NCBI GenBank assembly: GCA_977016875.1
Contig: CDRNST010000180.1
Span: 2,170,001-2,234,000, forward strand
DNA from: Pavona decussata
Lineage: Eukaryota
Reading direction: 5' to 3'
Length of the DNA stretch: 64,000 nucleotides
This document shows, piece after piece, positions 42,239 to 56,100 of the stretch (the first letter of the stretch is position 1; each line of letters begins with the position of its first letter). The position numbers and the translations under genes were made by a program. Under the pieces are notes generated by a model. That model was not told the DNA's origin and ran no database searches. It saw only the letters and a program-made list of their open reading frames with translations.

Positions 42239-42239
<1 letters not shown>

Positions 42240-42260
42240 GTAAGAGATAAAAAAAAATTG

Positions 42261-42332
42261 TTCCCATACCGGGAGTCGAACCCGGGCCGCCTGGGTGAAA
42301 ACCAGGAATCCTAACCGCTAGACCATATGGGA
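42261..42332 (-). tRNA. tRNA-Glu (TTC), copy 3
   Basis: Identical 72-nt sequence, followed by a long T-run. Confidence 0.97.
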
Positions 42333-42788
42333 TTACTCGATGTGGGCAATTAAAATATTAAAACACAATTGTTAGGGTTCAACACCAATTAATTGTCAGG
42401 GCATGATTTGAACTTAAAAATGACTCCCAAGGGAGTTTTTCGTGTGTCCAATTTGCAAACGTTTTCTAATAGCATGTGATCATGACGCAAACTTTATGGT
42501 TGAACATTTCACGCTAAAGAGTGGCAAGTTCGAAACAAAATGTTAAAAATTTATTTTAAATTTCCATGGGAGAAATATCCAAGACAGGAGTAACAGCTAA
42601 CCGAACAGCACAGCAGCTTTATCGCTTTAATGTTAAAACTCTCACTTCATGAGGGAATCAATGAATTAACGTCCGACTGTGATTTGGGGAGTAAAACAAG
42701 GTGTCTTATATGGCGCATCAGACGAACGATTTCCTGTCAACTGTCTGCTTATAAGTGGATGCGTGTGTCTTTACCTCTCCAGCGCAGT

Positions 42789-42860
42789 TCCCATATGGTC
42801 TAGCGGTTAGGATTCCTGGTTTTCACCCAGGCGGCCCGGGTTCGACTCCCGGTATGGGAA
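42789..42860 (+). tRNA. tRNA-Glu (TTC), copy 4, head-to-head with copy 3
   Basis: Identical 72-nt sequence on the + strand, followed by TTTTT. Confidence 0.97.
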
Positions 42861-44309
42861 ACATTGTTTTTATTTTGCCATTTTATTTCATTTGGTTTCA
42901 GCCGCCGGGCAATGAAACTTCCTTTGCAAAGATGAATCATTCATCTTATTTCTCAAGATAAAGACATAAATTATCTCCGTTTCACTGATTTACACTTGTC
43001 TGACTATATGAAGTAGACTATATTTTTGGAGAAGACTTATTATTTTCAAAATCCCATATGCGATTAATTTCAAGTAATTCATGCATTTGTTTAGCGATTT
43101 TGGCGTTTTTTTGTTTTTTGTTTTTTTTTTTTGGGGGGGGGGGGGGAGGGCGGTTATGTACCAATCCGATATGAAATCTCTCCATGTACAAACGATCTGT
43201 TCAAGTAATATAAATTCGCCTTTTCCTTATTTTGACTCACGGCAGGTACGGAAACTTCATCCATTTGTTGTTGTTGTTGTTGTGTTGTTTCTCTGTTTCA
43301 TCCAATGAGCGATGTCATCCCTTTGTTTCGTAATTTGTTTCGATTTCTGAACTGCGCCAGAAATCTGTTAATGTATAAACAATTATTAGCATTGTAACTT
43401 GACTTCACACTACTCTTTTTTTGCTACTGCGCATTTCGGGATGCTCCGAGAAGCTCTGATTTCTTAAGGACGGCGGCCTCCTAATTCAATAGGTTTTTTG
43501 TTCGCGATTTATGAATATGCCGGGAAAGAAGATTTTAGAAGGGCATACGTTGTAAGTTGCGCTCACAACTGTGATGGTCCTTTTTTGTTTTTGTTTAGTC
43601 TTTTATACGTAGTTCACATATATGGTTTTTCAGCTATTTCACTTCAGTTTTGTTCGAAATAAGCTTTTGCACCTTGCCGTTGTTTAACGCTGGTTCCCGC
43701 ATCTCCTGCGTCAGGCCTAACAGGTAGACTGATCACATGACACGAAACTATTTTTTCAGGCACTCCCAGTAATGGGTAAACGGAAATGAATAAGAGCGCT
43801 TTGGTGACCACACCTGGCAGGTTTAACACAACCCAACTAACACAAAATCGATATCCTTAGTATCGATTGCTACATTCTACAAGCATATACGACATCAGTG
43901 CATGAACAGGCTTCAACAGGACTTTGCACTCAATTATCTTTCAACAAACAAATAAGCCACCCCCATGTCACTATTTAGCACAGGATGACAAGTCAAATAT
44001 TTATGATATACACAGTGATCAGGCAGGAAATATGGTGCTGTGTTTCATGGGAAGTCTTTTAAGTGGACGAAGTGACAAGCTATGCTTTTGACGCCTTGTT
44101 TGCGCCGACTGGCGGGCGCCGCGCAAGGATTACAATCGTTTCATTGTATCTTACATGTCCGGCCGACAGGGATAATGGTTCCCTAGGACTCCAGTTAGAA
44201 ACGCCCTAACATTCTAGTTAGCTTACTAGAGCTGCTAGAGGACAATAGTGGCAATTTTTCTAAGGTTTTTCCTTATGCAAATTGAAATGGCAACTGTAAT
44301 AACAACCCT

Positions 44310-44560
44310 CAGCTGCTTTCATTTGAACGGATCAACTTTAGGATATCAATCACAGACTAAACAGTAAGAGCCACCTTGTTTAGCGAAGTAAAATGTACCA
44401 CGGAAAAGTTTTGCTCAATAGCTTTCATTCGTATGGTCATACTTAAGGATAACCTTAAGGATCAATGGATCCATGGACTGAAAAGCATCACAGGATGGTA
44501 CTGGTCAATTGCTCTCATAGAAATGACCACCAGCACACTTAAGGATTTTACTCACAAGCG
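44310..44560 (-). repeat. Two to three degraded inverted units of the ~106-bp repeat
   Basis: GCTTTCATTTGAA, CACAGACT and GCTCAATAGCTTTCATTCGTATGGTCATACTT match the unit on the - strand. Confidence 0.7.
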
Positions 44561-47500
44561 TAAAACCTTAGACAAAAAGAAGAACTTGAGCAAGACAGTT
44601 GATTGCAACATCTCCTCGGGAAAGTATGATTGCTTAAAAAAAAACATTTGAATGGTCTCCTCGTTATTAGGATTAGGTTTCCATGGAAAGACATGAAAGT
44701 AAAAAAATACTTTCTACTACATCTGCTAAGTAGCACAACGGAGAATTTCTGCTAAATTGCCTTCTTTTGAATCGTTGCGACCTTAAAGAACGAGAAATTC
44801 AGTGGCTAGCTCACGGTTCTAATGAATGTGCTGAAGAGTTTGTTCGGGTATGTTCGTGAGTAAAGATTAAGGTAGATATTGATGCTCTCCACGTATTTCT
44901 ATTGCTCTGAGTAAACCACAGTGTGTTCTAAGGCCCGGCCCAAAGATAGCCTATGTGTGGACGACAAAACTATTATAAGCTCACCTCACTGGTGACGTTG
45001 GGTTTCTGTTTGTGTAGCTTCATCCTAGGTGGAGTCTTTTGTGTTCAATTGTTATCTTCAAACCCTTCATACATTCCAATCATCCATTGCCCTAATTTCC
45101 CTATGAACTGACCATTTTCACTTTAAACTGAAAATCAAAATCAAACAAATGTAAACTACAGATACAATTCAGTGGTAAAAGGTTTCCTATGTACAGTGCA
45201 CCTTTATCTGTGTACTTTCAAAAAGAGGCACGCTTCGCCAAATATAACATCTATAAATGACAAAATCTAAAATAACGCAAAAAAAAATCTTACGTTGTTA
45301 AGGATCTATCCACTTTTAGACATACGGACATTCTACATAGTTTCACTGACTTTCTCGGGGTCCTATTCTGTTCGTCCACTTTTTTCCTCACAAAGTAACG
45401 TGTAGAAGTAAAAGGCATCTTATCATAAATTATCTGTAGGTTCTCCTTCGTTCTTGTCTCGTGAAGCAAGTAATAAAAGGTAGAAAGAGATTCAGCCCAG
45501 AGCGAATGGCAGCTGTGCCCCTTCCGTGTCAAATTGAACAAATTCAGCTCTAACTTTACCATTTAAGCTTCAAACCTGTCGTTTCATATTTCGGTTGTAT
45601 TTTGTTTCACACTGTAAGCTGATTTGAATCACAAAAATGACCAATCATTGTGGCTTTGTATTAACTAACTTATTTTGCCTTGGGGGAGAGTGATTCTTAA
45701 TTTAGCTTTGACTTTGGAGATCAAGGGATAGGATACTTGCTAATTTGCTGGTGGCAGTCAAAATGATTGGAGGTTCCCCAAGTTGCATACAGTTATGTGC
45801 CACAACTCTCTCAACGATTTTCCAGTCAGAAATAGCTATCTCTACTACACTTAAAGCCATATACGATGTCGTTTTAGAGTTCTTTATGAGGAAAAATCAC
45901 TTTGGAAACTTACTTTCACATTCCTTACCGATCGAGTGTAAGGTAGTGTAAGTAAATGTTAGGGAACTACATCTTAATCCCTGAATTTACAAGTTGATAT
46001 TGTCCCTCCGAATATTGTATATGAAATTTGCTCCACCCAAAAAACTGAACTAAACATGTACCATAAGGAGTCCATCCTTCAGCTGAACTTCTTGTACTCC
46101 AAATGGTGAAACCAAAAATCATATTTTACAGACCTGTGTCTGTGATCCCAAATTCTGGTTGATCGCGGCTCAGTACTTTAGTTTGTACGAAGGGTTGAGA
46201 AAGGCAACTATTATACGTAGCAAGATAAATCCCTTCTCACCGTTGAGATTTCTTCGTTGTAAAGAAAGCAAAGGAATAAGACGGCAATGACCACAGCGAA
46301 GGTTGAAAGATGTCTGCTGATAGCTGTTTTTAAGGGCGATTTTGAGGACAACTTCTGTAGTGTTCTTTTGACAAAGAATGCCTTCAAATCTATTTGGTTT
46401 CCTTGATCTAATACCAAAAAAGAAAAAGTTCTCAAACAGCCACTAGGTAAAAGCACTGCATAACAACTTTTACAACTCGAATTTGAAGTAACACACACAT
46501 GTACAAATTTCGAGGCCGAGAGTCCCTGATTTGAAGGTACTCTCCCAATCAAATTGAGTGTTAGCACAACCTTAACTGTAAAATGTAGATGTCTAAACAT
46601 TACAAATTTATGCAGCTCGGAAGGAAACAGAACTGAAATATACTTGTAATGATCTCAGTGAGAAATAGAAAGTTACGATATCTGTACAAATATTGATAGA
46701 ATAAAACAAGGTTTCACCCTTCCAGACATACACCATAATTACTATCTCTACCGCCTTTTAAATTAACAGAGCTAATTCCACTAGGTTTTCTTTGAAACGT
46801 TTATCGAGTTTCAATGAAAATTTAACCTTGATGTTTAAAGAAAAAGTTTCTCCAATGAATCAAAGATTTCTTGGAAGGTCTAAGTACCGAAAATTAGGGC
46901 AGACGCGTAAACGCACTAAACTATTTGTTAATTAAATAACTCGTTGGATAGCACAACTGATAAGCTGCAGTTTTAACAAAGCCTTTACTCGCGCAACCAG
47001 TTATGCAAGGCACTGTAGAAACACAAATGAGTTTTGAAATCACTGCAAAGCGATAAAAAGTAATTAAACACTTAATTAAATTACACGATATTTCGAAAGA
47101 CTGTTGTACCAGCGAAGTACGCGCCTAACCACAGGTGAAAAGAGAGATAATTACTAAGACAACTGTATAATCAAACTAAAGAAAATGTGTGAAAACAAGG
47201 ACAGGAGAATTACCTGTCTTGGACGAAATCTCGCGTGTCTTCACGCCATCTCAAGTACCTTTTAAAAACTGTTTAAATCAAGTCATGGCAGTCCACGGAA
47301 CGCCCTAAATCAATGGTCTCCAATGCTGTAACTCCTTCAAATGCATTGTACATAATTTGCTTATCTTGATTCACAGAGTTTCTCCCCTGAGTAAAACAAG
47401 AGTAATATGAAAAGCATACGTTAGACGTAGACTGTACGACTCTTGCCACATGGCGTTCGGCTCATGTCCAAGTTAAATCATAAATCAATCTCCTCGGCTT

Positions 47501-50500
47501 TAGCTGGCGTGCGCAGCTCACAAACACGCAACATCTTTTCGATGGCAACAGCTGGCAAGTTTTAAAAACTGAATTTAACCGGTAAAAAAATAAAAGTTCC
47601 CAGTTAGCCAAACCGTTGTAAAAAGTATAATTAATCTTCTAGCTTCTGAAGGAAAGAAAAAAAGGAAAAAAGGACAAATATTTTCAAGAGTTCCCCTTTT
47701 TCAAGAACCAATTGGAAATGTTTTGCTAAAGCAACAAATCTAATTCAGTGATATAGAATTACGGTGCTAGTGACCTGTCCCGCAAATGATTTATCATTTA
47801 AATGCTATCTTTAACTTTTCTCCTCCAGATTGCATGGTATTTTCTTTGTTTCAGGTTTCCCTTTGAGATGCACTTAAAAAACTTTCGTTTACAATGGCGG
47901 TGTTTCCGCAAGGAATCAATTGCTTTAGGAGGAAAAACAATCTATCCAAACATTAAGATATAAGAAGCCCACAAATAAAGTCTACTTTTCATGCCAATGA
48001 ACTTTGTAAGGCATTAAATAATCTTTAATCAAGGGAATTTCTCTAATACTTGAAACGATAAAAAATGTGTGAGAATTTATGTTAGCTGCATGCATGCTGT
48101 GAACACCAAACCACATTAGGACCACTCATTTTACTTTCTTGAGGAAAAGCAAAAATCCTTCAGTTTTTTTTAAATAAATCCGCAATGAGAGCACGTACGA
48201 TAAGTTATTTATGAAATTCAATAATTTGATCTGACAGCTCGACGTTTAGCCCTCTTCTTGCACATAAAATATTTGTCGCTCAAGTCATAGATTGTGACGG
48301 GCGATCAATGTACATAAAATATGGTTTTGACTCTAAGGTACTTTAGCCTACCCTTTGAGGGTTAACCTTTAAATAAAATATAATACACGCTAAGACGCAT
48401 CAATAACACGAGTTTCTGTTGCCTCCGGGTATGTGAATCAGCGTGAATTTCTTTCTCTTCGGCTTTTTAACGTAAAAACGGTCCGCTCGCCTATGGAATG
48501 TACATAGGACTTGTTTCGTAGAACGGCTTTAAACACGGAAAGCGAGAAAAAGGATTTAAGAGGTAATATTTTCTTTGATTTAAGTACTTTAAAAATTTCT
48601 CCTTAGTTAGGAAACTGGTGTCGTGCACCTAACTAAGTTTCAAGATTGATTTATACGTATTTGTAATGATTTTTACCAGTACCGACTCAACTAGGGGCGT
48701 GGTACGTGTTTATCTGTTTTCCTTCGCTAGCGATAAAATTCTGTTGTGGGACAGTTTATGATGTCCGCACAAATTTAACTTAGTGTCAATTAAATTAAGT
48801 CGTTTTCCTTTTCCAGATGAGTTGTTTTCTTGTTCAAAGAAGATCTATAAATTGATTGTGGTTTATGAGAATGTCGCTTAATTTTTAGAAGTGTAATTTT
48901 TAGAACCAAAACTAAACGCAGTACAACTGGCGATCGGGGCGGCCATCTTGTCTGTCTCTCGAGCGACAAACGCTCAAGATATTACCTTGAGTTTGTTTTC
49001 ATAATTTCAAGCGTATGAAATCTTTCTCACAATTTCAATGATATATTGTTATTGGGCTATGATATATATAAGTTTAAGTGTAACTTTCTGAACTCAAAAA
49101 AGGGACGACCTTTGAGTAAAACAGGCTGAGCACAACCCTAGGCTGGTTTGAAGTTCATAACAAGCGAAGCTTTCATAGCCTTCTTTGGTGTCGTTCTCGC
49201 CCATAATATATTAAGTACATAAGTACATCGCTTTACAAAATACTGTTACTTGGCTGTTACTGTAGATTGTCTTGTCATTGATTTAACTAGTACGACAATT
49301 AATTTCTTGAGACGTGGTTTGCCGAAGGAAATCCAAAACAATTTAACACACAGAAACCCCGGGGAACCTCTCCACGACATCCAAGTACGTTCTTGTTAGT
49401 ATTCCATCACAATTCCTCCTTAGAATTCATTTGAATTTTGTTTTAAAATTGTTTAGGTCTTACTCTACTATTTTAGCAGTGATAAAGGCGTCTTGCAAAG
49501 TGAAAACTGGTACGTTTTATAAGTAAAATCGATTTTTGCCTTCATATTGGAGGGCAAGCTCTTTAGCAAGGTTGACACTTTTCACACCTAAGAAGAGAGT
49601 GTGTTTGTTTGGTGAAAGAGCTGTTAATCTCATCTTCGAGGGCTGTAAAAAGCGAAGTTACCATCCTTTGTTAGTTTGCAATAACAGCACCAACTAAACG
49701 ATAGCGTTTGCTGAGCACAAAACGACCGTGATACTAAATGATCTTCGGACGCCATTTTCTAAAATGGCTAGTTGTGTAATGGCGTCATGTAATGCCCCGG
49801 CATGTAGCTTAGTCTTTCGCGCATGGTTTCTCAGGTCCAAAGGGAGCCAAGAAACTCAATTACGTTTTCAAGGTTATGTAATAGACAAATGTTCAGCCAA
49901 ATTGTGGTATAAAATAAAATAAATCTATAAACAGAATTCAACACAAATGTAGTCCATGGATTTTCCACCCGTTTCAATCAGCAATCATGGCGGAAAGAAA
50001 ACTGTACAGAATTCAGTTACCTCATGTAAAACTTTGCCGGACCCAATCTAGTGAAATTGAACGTCGTAATATGCAAATCTGTATAGCTATACTGTCTGAA
50101 ACTTTGATCATATTTGGTAGAATTACTGTGGCGGTATAGAATTGACATGCAACGCTGGAAGTAGACATCATTTCACAGTTCGCAAGTAAAACAGTAGAGT
50201 TGAATTTAGTTGATAGATGATTTAAAAACGCTGTTGCTGCTAAGTTTTTTGCTGCTCTGAAATATTTCTGAGGAGCTAAAGATGTTTAGATGTTACTTAA
50301 TCCTCGAAGCAGTTTAAATTATTTATTGCCAATCAAAAATAGAGCATTCTGCTTTGTTTACAACAAGGGAAGCCATTGTTTTCAAAAACGACATCAACCG
50401 ATTTATCAGTCGAACAAAGAGCAAAATTGCTAAGTCTGTGACAATTATAACTTATCCATACAGCCATACATCATCAAACAAAACATTATTATGGCTTGAG

Positions 50501-51243
50501 AATATTGCTTAAAGAGATTACTGTAGCCATAAATTTTTTCGTTGACTCGTTTATAATACAATAAGGACATACAGAGCGCAAAATATGGCGACCTCTGAGA
50601 ACCGACTTTGTGAATGAGACGCTATTGATCTTTATCAGGAAAGCTCATGCAAATTTGCAGTTTAGCCTTCAAGGCATACTTCTGTCGTTTTATTAAATTG
50701 CTTTATTATATGATTTTCTTAGTCAAACAGATAACTGGGCAATATGTTTGCCATTCATTGACCCATGAAAAATGCGTGCTGTCGTTAAAGAAAAGAAAAA
50801 CATGGTCTTAGCTTCCCATTAAAAGTAGCAATTTCTTGAAAATTTCTTTTTGCAGTGGCGCGGATTGATTTAGATTATAGACTTGAAAAACTCATTTCTA
50901 ACTGAATAGTTCTGTTAGAGGTGAATTAAGTTAGAGTAAAATTAAGATAAAAGTTACCTATTTTAGCTTTGCACACAAACAATTGAACTAGCGCCATATT
51001 GAAATCAATTCTTTTTGAGAGATAACAAAGTCTAAATTAACTGCCGCTACTTCCAACAACGAAGTGATAATTTTTCAAAGTTTAAGTTAAATTACAAAAA
51101 GGAACGTCTTTTCTACAGGAAGCCGTACATAGTTAACACATTCAACGTTAGAATAAACGGAAAAAACAAGTCGCCGATACGGACTTAACTTCGTTTATAA
51201 ATATTTAACGCGGTTAACACAATCGTGTTGTAAAATGAAGATG

Positions 51244-51249
51244 TTTATT
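51244..51249 (-). terminator. Putative poly(A) signal of Anthox1a
   Basis: TATGTACAAATAAA on the - strand (UGUA element plus AATAAA), ~700 nt after the stop codon. Confidence 0.45.
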
Positions 51250-51956
51250 TGTACATAAAGTTTTACATTTATAAATAGTACGCTGGAAGTTAACAAGAAT
51301 GTCGTTAAATGTAGTTTAGCATTGAATCACAGTATTTGAAACAGTTGAATATATAAACTTTGACAGTAAACGACTGTACTTGAAGAAATAGTATAGAAAC
51401 CGAACTTGTGATGGGAAATCGTTTCTTCACAATTTTACCATGTAGTGATACTCATTAGAAGCAAGTATTTTATACCACGTAAAAGTACATAGAAAAGGTA
51501 AAAGTTAGCGTGTAGTTGAGTTTAGATGTTTAACTAACAATAGTGATCCATGCGTAGCTTTGCTGTTAAGAAACAAAGCAAAGGAACTGAGTCTTCATGT
51601 CTCTCTTTGAACGAATCAACTTAACACCTCATCGGTAACCCACAGACGTCTGACTGAGAGCGCGTGAACAGACCATCATGCCTTATTTACACTTTTAAAA
51701 TTTCTTATTCGTCAATGGCAGTTTTGTAGCCCGGCAAACTTTGGAACTAAAGTGGCAGTTCAAAAATACCATCAGAATCAATCCACGCGGGTGAAACATT
51801 AGCGCATTTTGTTGCACGTCTCTCCATGGCAGACTTGAGAAACACTCTTTTCGCCTGACAAGTGCGAATGGTCAATTTTTATACACCTATAAGTCTGAGG
51901 TAAAAGGATTTACGACAATTTGTAATTGATAACCTAACGAATTTAATGTTTGTAGC

Positions 51957-52234
51957 CTATCTTGTACATCCGCGACGCATTCCTCTACTCGTTGGTATAA
52001 CTGGCTTGTTGTCTTTCTTCCATTTCATTCTTCTATTTTGAAACCAGATTTTGATTTGCCGTTCGGAGAGTTGTAACATGGAGGACATCTCGGTGCGTCT
52101 CGCCTTGGTTAGGTATCTTGTGAAATGAAATTCTTTTTCTAGTTCCAGAATTTGATTTCGTGTGTAAGCAACTCGTCTTCGATGCTTGAACGGTTGCTTG
52201 TAATGCCACGGGACATCTTTGTCATCTTCACCGT
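51957..52234 (-). CDS. Anthox1a: Anthox1a gene, exon 2 (W-motif plus homeodomain)
   Basis: Acceptor ATTTAG|AC, phase 1. Translates [84 protein letters not shown] and FTRYLTK..RTEM are Anthox1/1a-type; linkage to Anthox7/8 favours 1a. Confidence 0.88.
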
Positions 52235-52579
52235 CTAAATATTTAAACAAATTTTGAATTTCATTAGTTAAGGTTCCCGCGAAAGTATTAGTTAGAAACA
52301 AAGTGGATTTGAACTCAACTCTGATAGCACTTCAAAGGTTTAGTAATGCAATCAATGTTAAGCAATAAAAAACACTGTTTTTCTTAAATATTTCATATGA
52401 ATGATTGATTCTTTTCAATATTCCATTTGACCTGTGGGTAATCGAACTGATTGCACACTCAAACATTGTTTAAAATTTGTTCCTGTTGTAACTTCAATCG
52501 GCGCTTCGATGCTATACTTCCACATGTTTCGATTTGCGCGTACTGTTTTGTTCTACTCAAATGTAACTCCAAATCGTAC

Positions 52580-52943
52580 CTGTTTTATCTTCTGATTCAC
52601 TGGCATCTTTCCCGGATTGGCAGGGCTTTTCGTTAGGCTCACTACATGTAGTTTCTTCAAGTGTTTCTGCAGAGCTGTCGCTCGGCGACTCTGGTGGAGT
52701 TCGTGAAGCTGTTGATAAAGGACTTGCATTGCTTTCAGAATTCGTCACAAGGCAAGGAATGCTTTCTCCTAAATGAGGCGGACTTCTTGAAGTTACTGGT
52801 GGCCTGTGGATCTCAGTGTTGCGGCTCAATGCAGGGAAAAACTGAGAAGAATAGTACGCTGGGACCCCATAACCGTATACAAGAGGAGGTGCGTTAAAAT
52901 AAGCCGGCTGGCGAATTCTACCAGCTTGATAGAAGCAGTCCAT
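52580..52943 (-). CDS. Anthox1a: Anthox1a (HoxE-type, central/posterior-like Hox) gene, exon 1
   Basis: ATG at 52943 opens a Pro/Ser/Tyr-rich N-terminus. Donor ACAG|GTACGA (intron starts 52579) is phase 1, in frame with exon 2. Confidence 0.82.
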
Positions 52944-53074
52944 GTTATGCGCGTGCTGACTGAAAACAGCTCAAGATAGTTCGAACTACAAATGAATAAG
53001 GCACCAACTTGTCGAGAGCAATATTCCCTCTCACTGGTCATAACTCAGACTATAATTAGACAGGAAGATCAATT

Positions 53075-53140
53075 TCATGATTGGCTAGTTAACAAACAGG
53101 CTACGTCATCGCTATGCATGCTTGGTAAACTTATGGCGCC
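53075..53140 (-). promoter_or_regulatory. Putative Anthox1a proximal promoter
   Basis: CCAAT (ATTGG 53080-53084), CRE-like TGACGTA at ~53102 and GGCGCC at 53135-53140, 140-200 bp upstream of the ATG. Confidence 0.45.
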
Positions 53141-56100
53141 TGCAAAACGGCGCGTGCTAGAAACGGAGCTTGCAGAGACAAACGAGTGATAAATTTAATT
53201 AAAAGTGCGCTTTTCATCTCCTCGCAGACAAATTTCTAAGGCGTGGAAAACAAAACCCGAATCGTTGTTTTTAATGAAATTTATTATAAAGATCCCATTA
53301 TCTTCGAAAGTTGCGATAAGTTTTCCTATTTCACGTTATTGTGCGACGTGCCGCTCGCGTCAGCGACGCGGGTCTCAAAAACGCCCGGTGAACAATTTAA
53401 CACATCATAATTTTAAAAATTGTATGAAATATTGAAATAACAAATCATCTGTACCATTGCTAATGCCACCTTAGCAAAACGTGTCCGACGATTTCTTTGA
53501 GACCCGAAGGAATATATCAGTACAATGTGTTTCCCTTCTCTCGCTAAACTAAAAAGTGACAAGCCTTGTTACAATCTTGCATTGCCCTACAGGGAACAGT
53601 TATTTCTAACAGCGGGTTGTTAGCAAGGCTTTGATTCATTGCCTGGGCGATATTAGAAACCCCACTTGCTCCTTAACGGAAATCCGGAAAGAATGTTCTG
53701 GGTACAGCACGTGTAAATAATGACAAAAATAGCGGGTGGCTTTTAAACCCGAATTCATTTATAACAATAATTCAAAGTAGTTAGGGCTCAGAAATATTTC
53801 AGTGCAGTGAAAAATACACTGTTGCTGTTTTGCAGCGTTGGTCATTATTTACGTCACTGATCTCTCAATTATCGTACCATGAAGCTGCAGCCACCTAATT
53901 GAAACGGGGGCAACAGAGCGCGGGCAATAAAATTGTTTGTAATAAGGAACATAACCTGGGTTAATTTATTTAAGTGGCTCTCTTTTTATTTCCTATCAAG
54001 AGGAATATTAAGAAATTAAACTAACCACAAACGAACAACCTCGGGTAAGGGAGTCTGCTCTGTTTCACAGACGCAAGACGCAAGACAGAGGGTTTCCTTT
54101 GCGACTCCAAGCAAGTGTTGCGGTTCTTTAGCTGTCTGCGCAGAACACTATGCCTCGAAACGCTACGAATACATGCTAATAATGTGTGAACAGCAGTGTT
54201 ATACCACATTTCGTGCGCCGTGCGTACAACGTTTATACCAGGATAGATACGACAAACGCTAGAAGTTGCTTTTCAAAACAAATAAATGGAAAGGGATTCT
54301 TGGAGTTAACCATTGAGAGATGAAGCTGATCGGTTAGAATCACTGAGGGCTTTGAACACGTCGCACTACTGTCGATTTAATTTTTGGAATTAATTTAAAT
54401 GGTAGAGGATTGTGTACAGTATACTGCTGAAAGACCTCAGGAAATAGTGTAAACTAGCCAGCCGTTTTTGCATTGAATTGCCAACGACATCGAGGTGCAA
54501 GTTTTAATAGACTTACAGCTCATGCAAAAGAGAGCAACTAAAACCCGCTAAGCGGGTATCAAGATGCATGAAAGTATGATGATATCTGAGGTATAAATAG
54601 ATACACTTATAAATAAAAACAGTAGTTATCTGAATATTTTAACACTGAGTTGATTACAATGGAACCTGTACCGACAGAGAATACGATCAAACTTGGTTCG
54701 TTTATCCATCCAATGTCCAGTCCAGAATTTACAACTGAATAATTCACCCAAATTTCTTCTTAAATACGTTTATTTCCATTGGCTCGCTTTCTCCGACTCA
54801 CGTCCTAAAGTATGCCGTTACACTAATTTTCCTAACAAACTAAACCTTCCTTGTGTATTTTCTATCACTGGAATTTCTGGGCAATCTAACTGATCCACGC
54901 GTGATTTTCATTGTCTAACAAAAGCCTCTTGATCGTTTTGTTCTGGTTTTCTGTGTTTTCAAACACAGTGCATTCAATTTTTCGCCTCCGTGGCGCCGAA
55001 GAGCTGAACACATCATACAAGCCGCGCACCAAACAATCCAAGTCGGTCTTTTGTGTTTCCAAGCAGTCATCCATCAAATCTGACTAGAACACGGAGCTGG
55101 ATTATTAAACACAAATTTGTTGAAACCACATCGAGTTTTGGTTGTTGTCTCGCGTGAGTTTTCGCCACGCTCCAGTTTATAACGATAAACTGATGTCTGC
55201 ATAGAGTCAGCCGAGCTTGAAAGTTTCCTTACAACAGACCGGAAATGTGTTAAACGGTCTCATCGGCTTAATCGCTACATGATTTTGTCTCATTAGAGCT
55301 TAATGAATTACCCAGCGCTCAATCAATAAGACAGCTTGCTAATTGTCGCATGGTGAGCCCAGCATGAGACCGGAGTCATCACATACATGTAATACGAAAT
55401 CACAAGTCCATAACCATAACTTATGGACCTCTACATACAGCCGGTAAATTCAAATAAAAGTGATTTCAGTAAGTGCGTTGCTATTTTAGCATCGAATCTT
55501 ATAGTGAATGCATTTTACTTATCAGTTGTTTTACTGCTAAAAAAAGTGTTTTTATAACAGTATCTGTGTCCACTACTCAGTCTTCTAGGACCTTCCGAAT
55601 TTCAATCAAATTTGTGCCCTGTGACTAAAACTATTTTTACAGCAGGAAATAATTATTTTCTGAAAGATTTCAGCTTTTACCTTCAGCTTTTTCGCGGTCA
55701 GATTTGCCAATTCTTCGCTTGAATATGAATGTTGGTGTCTTGGATATCTCCTAGACTCCTTGTTGGTTTATTTATTTTTTTCTTTTCGAACATTTCTTTT
55801 CGTATAGACATCTAGCTTCTTAGTCAGCTACCTTAGTCTCGGGAACCAGATCATTCGTGTACGGAAAGGCCTTTCGCGTGCAAAAAATCGCCTTTATTTC
55901 CAGAACCGTTTAGTTTAGTTTAGTAAGTCTGATTTATTTTAGTCGTATGATGAAGCAAAAATACTCAAACAGGTATTTTTATTTGTCAGCCTTTAACTCT
56001 TTCCTATTTTGTTATTTATGAATTCATTTATTTATTTACTTATTTACTTTCTAGTTGATTTATTTGTTGGTATTTCGGTCAGTACATAAAACGCTTTCTC

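Noticed and set aside
52235-52301. Track-predicted N-terminus MFLTNTFAG... of the Anthox1a homeobox ORF
   Set aside because: Intronic sequence upstream of the splice acceptor at 52235.
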